Shown one piece after another: positions 39,132 through 50,535 of a DNA stretch of 64,000 nucleotides; position 1 is the first letter of the stretch, and every line of letters begins with the position of its first letter. Both the position numbers and the translations under genes were made by a program. The DNA comes from Alphaproteobacteria bacterium (lineage in GTDB: Bacteria; Pseudomonadota; Alphaproteobacteria; UBA828), in contig CBDCRW010000004.1 of the NCBI GenBank assembly GCA_965221125.1, forward strand, positions 64,001 to 128,000. The letters are read 5' to 3'. The notes beneath the pieces are model-generated. The model was not told where the DNA came from and made no database searches. It saw nothing but the letters and a program-made list of their open reading frames with translations.

Positions 39132-39905
39132 GTGAGCGCCTCCGGCGCGCAGAGGTCGCCGCCCCGCAACCCGGTCGTGCTCATTCCGGCGCGCATGGCC
39201 TCGCAGCGGCTTCCCGGCAAGCCGCTCGCCGAGATCGCCGGGCGGCCGATGATCGTGCACGTGTGGGAGCGTGCCGAGGCCGCGGCGCTCGGCCCCGTGG
39301 TCGTCGCCTGCGCCGAGCCCGCCATCGCCGATGCCGTCGCGGGCGCCGGCGGACGAGCGGTGCTGACCCGTCCCGATCACGCCTCGGGCTCGGACCGCAT
39401 CTTCGAGGCGCTGCAGGCGATCGATCCGACAGTCCGGCACGACGCCGTGGTCAACCTGCAGGGGGACCTGCCCACCATCGACCCCGCGCTGCCGGCCCGC
39501 GCGCTGGCGCTCCTCGCGGACCCCGCGGTCGATGTCGGCACGCTCGCGGCCGAGATCGCCGATCCGGCGGAGCGGACGGATCCCAACGTGGTCAAGGCCG
39601 TGGTCTCCCATCGGCCGGGGGAGGCGCAGGGCCGCGCGCTCTATTTCACCCGCGCTGCCGCGCCCACGGGCGAAGGGCCGCTCTGGCACCATATCGGCCT
39701 CTACGCATACAGGCGCGAGGCGCTCGCCCGCTTCGTCTCGCTCCCGCCGAGCCCGCTCGAGCGCCGCGAGCGGCTGGAGCAGCTTCGCGTGCTTGAGGAC
39801 GGCATGCGCATCGAGGTCGCGTTCGTCGACACGGTCCCGCTCGGCGTCGACACGCCGGCGCAGCTCGAGCAGGCGCGGGCGCTGATCGCGGGCAATGGGG
39901 AGTAA
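39132..39905 (+). CDS. kdsB: 3-deoxy-manno-octulosonate cytidylyltransferase
   Basis: [47 protein letters not shown]; start approximate. Confidence 0.95.
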   Translation: MSASGAQRSPPRNPVVLIPARMASQRLPGKPLAEIAGRPMIVHVWERAEAAALGPVVVACAEPAIADAVAGAGGRAVLTRPDHASGSDRIFEALQAIDPTVRHDAVVNLQGDLPTIDPALPARALALLADPAVDVGTLAAEIADPAERTDPNVVKAVVSHRPGEAQGRALYFTRAAAPTGEGPLWHHIGLYAYRREALARFVSLPPSPLERRERLEQLRVLEDGMRIEVAFVDTVPLGVDTPAQLEQARALIAGNGE

Positions 39906-40449
39906 AGCGACGATGATCGAACAGGTTCTCTCGTTCTGGTTCGAACGCCACGAGCCCGAGCAGTGGTGGGCCAAGGAGCCCGCCTTCGACGCGGCGATCT
40001 GCAGCGAGTTCGGCGCGCTTCACGCCAGCGCCGTCAAGGGCGAGCTCTACGACTGGCGCGAAGGGCCGGAAGGCCGCCTCGCCGAGATCATCGTGCTCGA
40101 CCAGTTCTCCCGCAATCTCTACCGCGACGACGCCCGCGCCTTCGCCTGCGACGGCATGGCGCTCGCGCTGGCGCAGGAGGCGCTGCGCGTGCACGCGGAC
40201 CGGGCGGTGCCGCTGGAGCGCCGAAAGTTCTTCTACATGCCCTACGAGCACAGCGAATCGCCCCGCATCCACGAGATCGCCGTGACCCTCTTCGCATCCC
40301 TCGACGATCCCGAGACCTTGAAATACGAGCTGCAGCACAAGGCGATCATCGACCGTTTCGGGCGCTACCCGCACCGCAACGCGGCGCTCGGGCGGACCTC
40401 GACGGCAGAGGAAATCGCCTTCCTCAAGACTCCCAACTCGTCGTTCTGA
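39895..40449 (+). CDS. DUF924 family protein
   Basis: [43 protein letters not shown]. Confidence 0.92.
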   Translation: MGSKATMIEQVLSFWFERHEPEQWWAKEPAFDAAICSEFGALHASAVKGELYDWREGPEGRLAEIIVLDQFSRNLYRDDARAFACDGMALALAQEALRVHADRAVPLERRKFFYMPYEHSESPRIHEIAVTLFASLDDPETLKYELQHKAIIDRFGRYPHRNAALGRTSTAEEIAFLKTPNSSF

Positions 40450-40540
40450 CCCGGCGCCCTGGCGCTGTTGACGCTCACCCCGGCGGGGGGCATGTTGCGC
40501 GCACTTCCCGGCGCGACGGCGCGGCACAGGACGGGGGCTC

Positions 40541-42562
40541 ATGCCTTCCACATCGGTTGAAGCGCGCGCTCAGCGCGCCGGTCACGCGGACATGGCGAAC
40601 GCGATCCGCGCCCTTTCCATGGACGCGGTGGAGCAGGCGCGTTCCGGCCATCCCGGCATGCCCATGGGCCTTGCCGACGTCGCGACCGTGCTCTTCGGCC
40701 GCATCCTCAAGTTCGATCCCGCCCGGCCCGACTGGCCCGACCGCGACCGCTTCGTGCTGTCCAACGGTCACGGCTCGATGCTGCTCTACGCGCTGCTCTA
40801 CCTGACCGGCTACCCCGATATCGACATCGACGAGATCCGCAACTTCCGCCAGCTCGGCAGCCGCACCGCCGGCCACCCGGAGTACGGGCTCGCCGCCGGG
40901 ATCGAGACCACCACCGGCCCGCTCGGCCAGGGCCTCGCCAACGCGGTCGGCATGGCGCTGGCGGAGCGCAGCATGGCCGCCCGCTTCGGCGCGGACCTGG
41001 TGGATCACCACACCTACGTCGTCTGCGGCGACGGCTGCCTGATGGAGGGCATCAGCCAGGAGGCGATCTCGCTCGCCGGCCATCTCAAGCTGGACCGCCT
41101 GATCGTCCTCTACGATTCCAACGACATCTCCATCGACGGCCCCACCAGCCTCGCCTTCTCCGACGACGCGCGCGCACGCTTCGAGTCCGCCGGCTGGCAC
41201 ACGCAGCAGGTCGACGGCCACGATCCCGAGGCCGTCGCCGCGGCGATCACGGCGGCCAAGGCCGAGCCCCGGCCCTCGATGATCGAGTGCCGCACGGTGA
41301 TCGGCTACGGCGCGCCGACCAAGGCGGGGACCGCCGCGAGCCACGGCGCGCCGCTCGGCGCGGACGAGATCGCCGGCACGCGCGAGAGGCTGGGCTGGTC
41401 CCACGCCCCCTTCGCGGTGCCCGATGCGGTCCTCGCCGCCTGGCGCGCCGCCGGCGCGCGGGGGAGGGCGGCACGCGAGGCCTGGGAAGCGCGCCGCGCC
41501 GCGCTCGACGAGGGCCGCCGCAGCGAATTCGACGCCGCCGTGGCGGGCGATCTCCCGGCCGGCCTCTCGGAGGCGCTCGCGGGCCTGAAGCGAACCTTCG
41601 CCGAGGAGGCGCCCACCATCGCGACACGGGTGGCGAACAAGCAGACGATCGGCGCCATCGCCGACGCCTTGCCGTCCCTCATCGGCGGCTCGGCGGACCT
41701 CACCGGCTCCAACGGCACCAAGACCGACGAACTCGTGCCGATCACGCCCGGCGACTACGGCGGCCGCTACCTCTATTACGGCGTGCGCGAGCATGCCATG
41801 GGCGCGGTGATGAACGGCATGGCGCTCCACGGCGGCGTCATCCCCTTCGGCGGCACCTTCCTCACCTTCACCGACTACTGCCGCCCGGCGATCCGGCTGT
41901 CCGCGCTCATGGAGCTTCGCGTCATCTACGTGATGACCCACGATTCCATCGGCCTCGGCGAGGACGGCCCGACCCATCAGCCGATCGAGCACCTCGCGAG
42001 CCTGCGGGCCATGCCCAACCTGCTGCTATTCCGGCCGGCCGATGCCGTCGAGACGGCGGAATGCTGGGAGCTTGCGCTCGCCAACGCCGAGCGTCCTTCC
42101 GTTCTGGCGCTCACCCGCCAGGGTGTGCCGTGCCTGCGCGCGGGCGGGGGCGGCAACGGCGCGGAGAACGCCTGCGCCCGGGGCGGCTACGTGCTGCGCG
42201 AGGCGAGCGCCGGGACGCCCCGCGTCGTCCTGCTCGCCACCGGCTCGGAATGCGCGATCGCCGACGAGGCGCGGCAGGCGCTGGAGGCGGATGGCGTGCC
42301 GACGCGGCTGGTCTCGCTCCCCTGCTGGGCGCTGTTCGACGCGCAGGAGCCCGCCTGGCGCGAGGGCGTGCTGGGCGGCAGCGATACCGTGCGCGTCGCG
42401 GTCGAGGCCGCGAGCCCCCTCGGCTGGGAGCGCTACGTGGGCCCCGCCGGCACCATCGTCGGGATGCAGGGCTTCGGCGCCTCCGCACCCGCCAAGGACC
42501 TTTACGCCCACTTCGGCATCACGGCCGACGCGGTCGTCGCCGCGGCCAAGGCCCGGCTGTAG
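40541..42562 (+). CDS. tkt: Transketolase
   Basis: [43 protein letters not shown]. Confidence 0.98.
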   Translation: MPSTSVEARAQRAGHADMANAIRALSMDAVEQARSGHPGMPMGLADVATVLFGRILKFDPARPDWPDRDRFVLSNGHGSMLLYALLYLTGYPDIDIDEIRNFRQLGSRTAGHPEYGLAAGIETTTGPLGQGLANAVGMALAERSMAARFGADLVDHHTYVVCGDGCLMEGISQEAISLAGHLKLDRLIVLYDSNDISIDGPTSLAFSDDARARFESAGWHTQQVDGHDPEAVAAAITAAKAEPRPSMIECRTVIGYGAPTKAGTAASHGAPLGADEIAGTRERLGWSHAPFAVPDAVLAAWRAAGARGRAAREAWEARRAALDEGRRSEFDAAVAGDLPAGLSEALAGLKRTFAEEAPTIATRVANKQTIGAIADALPSLIGGSADLTGSNGTKTDELVPITPGDYGGRYLYYGVREHAMGAVMNGMALHGGVIPFGGTFLTFTDYCRPAIRLSALMELRVIYVMTHDSIGLGEDGPTHQPIEHLASLRAMPNLLLFRPADAVETAECWELALANAERPSVLALTRQGVPCLRAGGGGNGAENACARGGYVLREASAGTPRVVLLATGSECAIADEARQALEADGVPTRLVSLPCWALFDAQEPAWREGVLGGSDTVRVAVEAASPLGWERYVGPAGTIVGMQGFGASAPAKDLYAHFGITADAVVAAAKARL

Positions 42563-42662
42563 CGCGCTCCAGGCGGGCGCAGGCCGCGCCCGCCGGCATC
42601 GCGGTTGACCGCCGCGGGCCGAGCCGATAGCAAGACGCGGCATCTCACGCATTGGAGGAAGC

Positions 42663-43667
42663 ATGACGGTTCGCATCGCCATCAATGGATTCGGGCGGAT
42701 CGGCCGCAACATCCTGCGCGCGATTCACGAATCCGGCCGCACCGATCTCACCGTGGTCGCCCTCAACGACCTGGGCGACGTGGAGACCAACGCCCACCTG
42801 CTGCGCTACGATTCGGTCCACGGGCGCTTCCCCGGCGCCGTCGCGGTGGCGGACGGCTCCATCGACATCGGCGCAGGGCCGATCCAGGTGCTGAGCGAGC
42901 GCGACCCCGCGCGGCTGCCTTGGGCAGACCTCGGCATCGACGTGGCGCTGGAGTGCACCGGGATCTTCACGGCGCGGGAGAATGCGGCGGCGCACCTGGA
43001 GGCGGGCGCACGCGCTGTGCTGATCTCGGCGCCCGGCACGGATTCCGACCTCACCGTGGTCTACGGCGTCAATCACCGGGCGCTCACGGCTGACCATCGC
43101 GTCGTCTCCAACGCGTCGTGCACCACCAACTGCCTGGCGCCGGTCGCCTCCGTGCTGCACGACGCCATCGGGATAGAGAGCGGCTTCATGACCACGGTCC
43201 ACGCCTACACGCTGGACCAGCCCGTGCTCGACACGCTGCACAAGGACCTGCGCCGCGCACGGGGCGCGGCGGGCTCGATGATCCCCACCTCCACCGGCGC
43301 TGCGCGTGCGGTCGGCCTCGTGCTGCCGGCCCTCGCCGGCAAGCTCGACGGCACCGCGGTCCGGGTGCCGACCGCCAACGTCTCGATGGTCGATCTCAGC
43401 TTCGTCGCCAAGCGCGCCACCTCGGTGGCCGAGATCAACGAAGCGGTGGCCAGTGCTGCCGCCGGCGCCATGGCGGGCGTGCTCGCCTACAGCGAGGAGC
43501 CGCTGGTCTCGGTCGACTTCAACCATCGGCCGGAAAGCTCCATCGTCGACGCCGGCCAGACCGCCGTGGTCGATGGCACCCTCGGCCGCGTGCTCTCGTG
43601 GTACGACAACGAGTGGGGTTTCTCGAACCGGATGGGCGACGTCGCAGCCCATCTGGGCAGCCTGTGA
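42663..43667 (+). CDS. gap: Glyceraldehyde-3-phosphate dehydrogenase, type I
   Basis: [28 protein letters not shown]. Confidence 0.97.
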   Translation: MTVRIAINGFGRIGRNILRAIHESGRTDLTVVALNDLGDVETNAHLLRYDSVHGRFPGAVAVADGSIDIGAGPIQVLSERDPARLPWADLGIDVALECTGIFTARENAAAHLEAGARAVLISAPGTDSDLTVVYGVNHRALTADHRVVSNASCTTNCLAPVASVLHDAIGIESGFMTTVHAYTLDQPVLDTLHKDLRRARGAAGSMIPTSTGAARAVGLVLPALAGKLDGTAVRVPTANVSMVDLSFVAKRATSVAEINEAVASAAAGAMAGVLAYSEEPLVSVDFNHRPESSIVDAGQTAVVDGTLGRVLSWYDNEWGFSNRMGDVAAHLGSL

Positions 43668-43704
43668 CGGAGGGACGAGCCCCGCCGACCCTCCCCCGCG
43701 CAGC

Positions 43705-44910
<1,206 letters not shown>

Positions 44911-44917
44911 GCGGGCC

Positions 44918-45352
44918 ATGAGCGCGCGCCGACCCGTGATCGTCGTGCACGATCTCGACCAGGCAGTCGCTGCGCTCAGGGCGTCCGCCGCGGCCGGGGT
45001 CCCGGTGACGCTCTGGTCGGCGCCCGGCGCTGCCGCGTACGCGGGCCTCGGCTTTCTCGCTTCCGTCTTCGCCGAGGCCTCGGAAGCCGTGCCCGAGGCC
45101 GACCACGACGCGGTCGTCGACTGCAGGGGCAGCGCCGTGCTGGCCCACGAGGCGCTCGGCCGGGGCTTCGCCGGCGTGGCCTTCGCCGGCCAGGGCGCCA
45201 TGCGCAAGGCGCTCCAGGCCATCGCGGACGAGCACGGCGGGCGGCTCGTCACCGCCGGGCCGGGGCGGGGGGCGCTCGACCTCGCCGATTCCACCGCGCC
45301 CGAGCGCGACAGCGCGGATTATCTGGCGAATCGGCGGGCGAGACGGCTATAA
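44918..45352 (+). CDS. Hypothetical protein between pgk and fbaB
   Basis: 144-aa ORF, co-oriented and closely spaced in the operon; VIVVHDLDQAVAAL...TLWSAPGAAAYAG. Confidence 0.65.
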   Translation: MSARRPVIVVHDLDQAVAALRASAAAGVPVTLWSAPGAAAYAGLGFLASVFAEASEAVPEADHDAVVDCRGSAVLAHEALGRGFAGVAFAGQGAMRKALQAIADEHGGRLVTAGPGRGALDLADSTAPERDSADYLANRRARRL

Positions 45353-45391
45353 ACGGCGGCAACGGAGTCACGCCTCGATCAGGATGCGGCC

Positions 45392-46312
45392 ATGCGAATT
45401 ACCCGGCGGGTCAGAGAAATTCTCTCCTGGTACGAGAGCGACAATCCGGGAACCAAGGCCAACCTCGCGCGTATCCTCATGCATGGCCGCCTCGGCGGCA
45501 CCGGGCGCATGGTCATCCTGCCGGTGGATCAGGGCTTCGAGCACGGGCCGGCCCGCAGCTTCGCGCCCAACCCGCCCGCCTACGACCCGCACTATCACTG
45601 GCGGCTCGCCATCGACGCAGGCCTGAACGCGTTCGCGAGCCCGCTCGGCATGATCGAGGCCGGCGCCGCGAGCTTCGCCGGCGCGATCCCCACCATCCTC
45701 AAGGTCAACAACGCCAACTCCCTCGGCGCGGCCAGGGATCAGGCTGTGACCGGGTCGGTCCGCGACGCGCTCAGACTGGGCTGCTCGGCCATCGGCTTCA
45801 CCATCTATCCCGCCTCCGACCACCAGTACGAGATGATCGAGGAGATCCGCGAGCTTGCGGCCGAAGCGAAGGCGCACGGGCTCGCCGTCGTCGTCTGGTC
45901 CTATCCGCGCGGCGGCGCGTTGTCGAAGGAGGGCGAGACCGCGCTCGACGTGGTGGCCTACGCCGCCCACCTGGCGGCGCTCGCCGGCGCCCACATCATC
46001 AAGGTCAAGCCGCCGACGGCGCACCTGGAGCAGGAGGCCGCCGCCAAGGCCTACAACACCGCCGGCGTGGAGGCCGAGACGCTGGAGGCGCGCATCGCCC
46101 ACATCATGCAGGCGGCCTTTGCCGGGCGCAGGCTCGTGGTCTTCTCCGGCGGCGCGGCCAAGGGGCTCGACGGGCTCTTCGGCGAGGTCCGCGCCATCCA
46201 CGCCGGCGGCGGCAGCGGCTCGATCATCGGCCGCAACAGCTTCCAGCGCCCGCGCGCCGACGCGCTCGCCATGCTGGATACGGTCATCGGCATCTACCGC
46301 GGCAAGGGCTAG
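45392..46312 (+). CDS. fbaB: Class I fructose-bisphosphate aldolase (DhnA type)
   Basis: ILPVDQGFEHGP, WSYPRG, Schiff-base Lys in HIIKVK, GSIIGRNSFQR. Confidence 0.95.
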   Translation: MRITRRVREILSWYESDNPGTKANLARILMHGRLGGTGRMVILPVDQGFEHGPARSFAPNPPAYDPHYHWRLAIDAGLNAFASPLGMIEAGAASFAGAIPTILKVNNANSLGAARDQAVTGSVRDALRLGCSAIGFTIYPASDHQYEMIEEIRELAAEAKAHGLAVVVWSYPRGGALSKEGETALDVVAYAAHLAALAGAHIIKVKPPTAHLEQEAAAKAYNTAGVEAETLEARIAHIMQAAFAGRRLVVFSGGAAKGLDGLFGEVRAIHAGGGSGSIIGRNSFQRPRADALAMLDTVIGIYRGKG

Positions 46313-46486
46313 AGCGCGTCCGTCTTTGACGGGCGCGCGACAGGCCGCGATAGCGGCCCGCCGCGAATGCGGCGCGCCCGCGCAGGCGCTGGCCGTCGTG
46401 CCGGCAGGCGCGCGAAATCGCAAGACGGCCAGCTGCCGTGAGCGACAAAGAATCAAAGCGCTTCCGTGTAAGACAGATGCGCTCTA
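46310..46486. mobile_element. 177-bp MITE-like inverted-repeat element with TAGAGC...GCTCTA ends
   Basis: Terminal IR 46310-46326/46470-46486 (15/17), TA at both ends, internal stems 46330-38/46372-80 and 46388-97/46424-33. Confidence 0.65.
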
Positions 46487-46530
46487 AACATCAGGCGCTG
46501 CCGATCCTCGGCCGCGCGGCGGCCGATCGC

Positions 46531-47037
46531 TCAGGCGGCGGAGATGACCGCCCGCCTTGGAAGACGCGCCGGAACCTGGCCGCCCAAAACGTCCAGCAGC
46601 ACCTCGACACGCTCGCGCGGTGCGAGACGCAGGACGACCGCCGCGCACTCGACGAACGGGCCGGCGGCAATGGTGACCGCATCGCCCGGCTTCAGGTCGG
46701 GCGCCGCCGCCGTGCTCACGCCGTTGGTCCCCGTCGCCTCTCTCAGCGCGGTGACGAACTCTTCGGGCAGCGCCTGCGGGCGCGGCCCATCGGCGAGAAG
46801 CTGCTTCACCCCGAAGGTGCCGTTGATCGCGCGCCACGGCTCGCGCGCAATGTCGAGTTCCACGAACAGATATCCGGGGAAGAGCGGCGCGTGTACGGTC
46901 TCGATGCGCCTCGCGTGCCGGCGCGAGCGCTCCATGACCGGCAGCCACGCGCGATAGCCCTGGCGCGCCAGGTTGATCTCGGCCCGCTGCTCCTGATGGG
47001 GCCGGGTATGGACGACGTACCATCGCTTCATCGGCAT
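46531..47037 (-). CDS. NusG/RfaH-family transcription antiterminator
   Basis: WYVVHTRPHQEQRA..NL.RQG, PLFPGYLFV, KOW LKPGDAVTIAAGPF. Confidence 0.9.
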   Translation of the reverse strand: MPMKRWYVVHTRPHQEQRAEINLARQGYRAWLPVMERSRRHARRIETVHAPLFPGYLFVELDIAREPWRAINGTFGVKQLLADGPRPQALPEEFVTALREATGTNGVSTAAAPDLKPGDAVTIAAGPFVECAAVVLRLAPRERVEVLLDVLGGQVPARLPRRAVISAA

Positions 47038-47187
47038 TGCTCGATTGACCGAACGTTCGGGCGCAGAACCCAACGGCACGGCACCACCGCCCACCATATC
47101 CGCGATGGCCGCAACATGGAAACAAAAGGGGTACATCCGCACCGTCATACCTGGACGTGGATGATAGCCGCGCGGCCCCTGCTCAAC

Positions 47188-47538
47188 TGGCCCGCAATTC
47201 TCACCAAGGTCATGGTCTGCGCGGCGCTATCCGGCCGACAGGCAAGGAGAGGCGCGCAGCGCGTCGCGCGGGTACGCGCGCCTTCGGCGCGACGCGGGGA
47301 CATCGGGCAAGCGGCTCGACGCAGCCTGTCGGCCGGAGAGCGTCGCCCTTCGGGTCGCGCCCAGGCGCCCGCCCATCGTGCGCTCCGCGCGCGTCCCGCG
47401 CGACGTCGCGCGTCCACGCGCGCGGAGCGCACGATGCGAGCCTCAACCGTATTCCCCGATACGCTTTTCGGCCCGCTCCTGGCGGATCGAACGCCTGGGC
47501 ACGACGCAGGCCGTGACCCTGGTGAGAATTGCGGGCTA
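47188..47538. mobile_element. About 350-bp highly structured MITE-like element
   Basis: Terminal IR 47190-47221/47505-47536 (29/32); perfect internal stems of 14 bp (47230-43/47324-37) and 21 bp (47374-94/47416-36); no credible ORF. Confidence 0.72.
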
Positions 47539-47576
47539 ACATCCCCGCTTCGAAATTCGAGCCTGCCGGAGAGACG

Positions 47577-48509
47577 ATGAGCACGATCAAGGAGACCGAG
47601 TGGATCTGGCGCGACGGGGAGTTCGTCCGCTGGCAGGATGCCACGGTCCATATCCTGTCCACCGCCGTTCAGTTCGGCTCCTCGGTCTTCGAGGGCATCC
47701 GCTGCTACGACACCGAGCGTGGGCCCGCCATCTTCCGCCTGGCCGAGCACTTGAAGCGGCTCCGCAATTCCGCGCGGATCTACCGCATGGAGGTCGCCTA
47801 CAGCGACGATGCGCTGACGGAGGCCTGCTTCGAGCTGATTCGGCGCAACGGGCTCCGCCATTGCTACATCCGGCCGGTGATCATGCGGGGCTACGGCGCG
47901 ATCGGCATGGACGGCGTCGGCAGCCCCATCGAGACCTGGATTCCGGCCTGGGAGTGGGGCGCCTATCTCGGCGACGACGCGCTGGAGAAGGGCGTGGACG
48001 TCTGTGTCTCGTCGTGGAGCCGCGCCGCGCCCAACACCTTCCCCGGCATGGCCAAGGCGACCGGCCACTACAACAACGCGCAGCTTATCAAGCTCGAGGC
48101 GATGGCCAACGGCTTCGTCGAGGCGATCGCGCTCACCCACGACGGGCTGATCAGCGAGGGCAGCGGCCAGAACCTCTTCGCCGTCATGGACGGCGCCGTG
48201 CTCACGCCGCCGATCGACGGCAGCAATCTCTCCGGCGTCACGCGGAACGCCGTCATGACCATCGCGGCCGACCTCGACGTGCCGCTCCGCGAATGCCCGA
48301 TGCCGCGCGAACTGCTCTACTGCGCCGACGAGCTGTTCTTCTCGGGCACCGCGGCGGAGATCACGCCGATCCGCTCCGTCGACCGCATCACCATCGGCCC
48401 GGGCGGGATCGGCCCGGTCACGCGGCGCATACAGCGGCGCTTCGTCGATATCGTGAACGGCCGCACCAACGACGACCACGGCTGGCTGACCCCGGTGCCG
48501 CGCGCATGA
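47577..48509 (+). CDS. ilvE: Branched-chain amino acid aminotransferase
   Basis: VFEGIRCY, IFRL.EHL.RL, YIRP, PLP lysine AKATGHY, SEGSGQNLF, LSGVTR, SGTAAEITP. Confidence 0.94.
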   Translation: MSTIKETEWIWRDGEFVRWQDATVHILSTAVQFGSSVFEGIRCYDTERGPAIFRLAEHLKRLRNSARIYRMEVAYSDDALTEACFELIRRNGLRHCYIRPVIMRGYGAIGMDGVGSPIETWIPAWEWGAYLGDDALEKGVDVCVSSWSRAAPNTFPGMAKATGHYNNAQLIKLEAMANGFVEAIALTHDGLISEGSGQNLFAVMDGAVLTPPIDGSNLSGVTRNAVMTIAADLDVPLRECPMPRELLYCADELFFSGTAAEITPIRSVDRITIGPGGIGPVTRRIQRRFVDIVNGRTNDDHGWLTPVPRA

Positions 48510-48558
48510 GCCGCGCCCCAGTCCTCGCCGCGCGCGTCGGCCGAGGGGGACGATCCGC

Positions 48559-49359
48559 ATGACAGGCAATCGCGACCGGGCGGCGGCGCTTGCCGCGCGG
48601 CTCTTCGCCGAGCATGCCGAGGGCCGGCCCTTCCGCCGCCTGCGGGGCGCCGACCGGCCCGCGTCGCTGGCGGAGGGATACCGCGTCCAGCACCTGCTCA
48701 ACCGCCGCTTCGCCGAGGCCGGGCGGGGTGCGCCTGCCGGCTACAAGGTGGGCCTCACCTCCGAGGCCATCCAGGCGATGTACGGCAGCGACCAGCCGAT
48801 CAGCGGCGTGGTCTTTGAGAGCGCGGTGCACCGCTCGCCCGCGCGCATCGGGCTCGCCGACTACGCCCGCCTCGGGATCGAATTCGAGCTTGCCGTGGAG
48901 GTCGGCGACGCCTTCCGGCCGGAGGACGCGCCGTTCGCCCTCAATGACGCGGCGGCACGGGTCGCGGCCTGCATGCCGGCCTTCGAGCTGATCGAGGACC
49001 GCCATGCCGACCACGACGACGTCGACGCGCTTTCCATCCTGGCGGACAACGCGTGGTGCGCGGGGGTCGTTCTGGGCCCGCGGCGCACCGATTGGCGGGC
49101 GCTCGATCTCGCCGGCACCCCGGTCTCGCTGCGGGTCAACGACGCCCCGCCGGCATCGGCGGTCACCGGCGCCGCCATGGGGAATCCGCTTAACTCGCTC
49201 GTCTGGCTCGCCAACCAGCTCGCTTCGAGGGGGGCGACGCTCGAAGCCGGCATGATCGTGATGACCGGGAGCACGCTGGCGACCCGCTTCCCCGCTGCGG
49301 GCGATCGCTTCGTCTACGAAATCCAGGGGCTGGGGGCGGTGGAGGCCACGATCGCCTGA
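48559..49359 (+). CDS. 2-keto-4-pentenoate hydratase-like (FAH family)
   Basis: GYKVGLTS, IEFELA, PAFELIEDR, LADNA, MGNPL..L.WLAN, VMTGS. Confidence 0.88.
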   Translation: MTGNRDRAAALAARLFAEHAEGRPFRRLRGADRPASLAEGYRVQHLLNRRFAEAGRGAPAGYKVGLTSEAIQAMYGSDQPISGVVFESAVHRSPARIGLADYARLGIEFELAVEVGDAFRPEDAPFALNDAAARVAACMPAFELIEDRHADHDDVDALSILADNAWCAGVVLGPRRTDWRALDLAGTPVSLRVNDAPPASAVTGAAMGNPLNSLVWLANQLASRGATLEAGMIVMTGSTLATRFPAAGDRFVYEIQGLGAVEATIA

Positions 49360-49383
49360 AGCGACCGCAGGCGGTTGGCGGAA

Positions 49384-50535
49384 TTACCCCCCGCTGGCGC
49401 CGGGCCGGCGGGTGATGACCTCGTCGCGGTGAACGCCGACGCAGAGCAGCAGGCCGAGACCCAGCATCAGGCTCAGCATGGCGCTCCCGCCGTAGGAGAT
49501 CAGCGGCAGCGGCAGGCCGACGATGGGGATGAGCCCGATCACCATGGCGACGTTGAAGAAGACGTGGAAGAAGAACGTCACCGTGATGCCCATGCCGAGC
49601 ATGCGGCCGAAATGGTTGTTGCTGCGGGCCGAGATCACCACGCCGTAAGTGGCGATCCCGAGGTACAGCAGGAGCACGCCGGCCACGCCGAAGAACCCCA
49701 GCTCCTCCGCCATCATGGTGAAGATGAAGTCGGTCTGCTTCTCCGGCAGGAAGTTGAGGTGGCTCTGCGTCCCCTGCATGTAGCCCTTGCCGAACAGGCC
49801 GCCGGAGCCCAGCGCGATCTTCGATTGCAGGATGTGGTACCCCGCGCCGAGCGGGTCCGCTTCGGGATCGAAGAAGGTGAGGATGCGCGCCTTTTGATAT
49901 TCGTGCAGGAACTGCCAGGCGACCGGCCCGGAGCCGAGAGCGACGACCACGCCCGCGCCGATCTTCCACGCCTTGATCCCTGCGAGGATCAGCATGATCG
50001 CGCCGCCGAGCGCGACCAGCAGGGCGGTGCCCAGGTCCGGTTGGCGGAGGATCAGCGCAGCAGGCGCGAGGATCAGGAGCAGCGGCAGGAGGTAGGTCCG
50101 GACGCGGCCCAGTCCGTCGAGGGCGACGCCGTGGAAGTAACGCGCCAGAGCCAGCACCATCGCGATCTTCATGAGCTCCGAGGGCTGCAGCTGGATCACG
50201 CCGATGTCGATCCAGCGCTGCGCGCCCTTGCCGGCTGCGCCGAGCAGCTCCACGCCGACCAGCAGGGCGAAGGCGATGCCGTAGATCGTGTAGGCCGCGC
50301 GCAGCCAGAAGCCGATGTCGACGATGGCCACCGCGAGCATCACGATCAGCCCGGCGCCGAACCAGACCATCTGGCGCGACGCCCACGGCTCGGTGGTGCC
50401 GCCGGCGGCGGATATCAGCATCCCGATGCCGACCGCGCCGATGGTGCAGACGAGAACGACCAGAAACCAGTCGAGCTTGAGCAGCCGCTCGGCGATGCGA
50501 AGGCCCTGCTGGCGGCCAATCTCCAACTGCGCCAT
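49384..50535 (-). CDS. rodA: Rod shape-determining protein RodA
   Basis: GAQRWI, QPSELMK, QPDLGT, GYHILQSKIALGSGG, FLPEKQTDFIF, SYGGS. Confidence 0.97.
   Translation of the reverse strand: MAQLEIGRQQGLRIAERLLKLDWFLVVLVCTIGAVGIGMLISAAGGTTEPWASRQMVWFGAGLIVMLAVAIVDIGFWLRAAYTIYGIAFALLVGVELLGAAGKGAQRWIDIGVIQLQPSELMKIAMVLALARYFHGVALDGLGRVRTYLLPLLLILAPAALILRQPDLGTALLVALGGAIMLILAGIKAWKIGAGVVVALGSGPVAWQFLHEYQKARILTFFDPEADPLGAGYHILQSKIALGSGGLFGKGYMQGTQSHLNFLPEKQTDFIFTMMAEELGFFGVAGVLLLYLGIATYGVVISARSNNHFGRMLGMGITVTFFFHVFFNVAMVIGLIPIVGLPLPLISYGGSAMLSLMLGLGLLLCVGVHRDEVITRRPGASGG

Noticed and set aside
47157-47662. Two opposite-strand ORFs sharing LARNSHQGHGLR
   Set aside because: The shared peptide is a by-product of the terminal inverted repeat, not a protein family.
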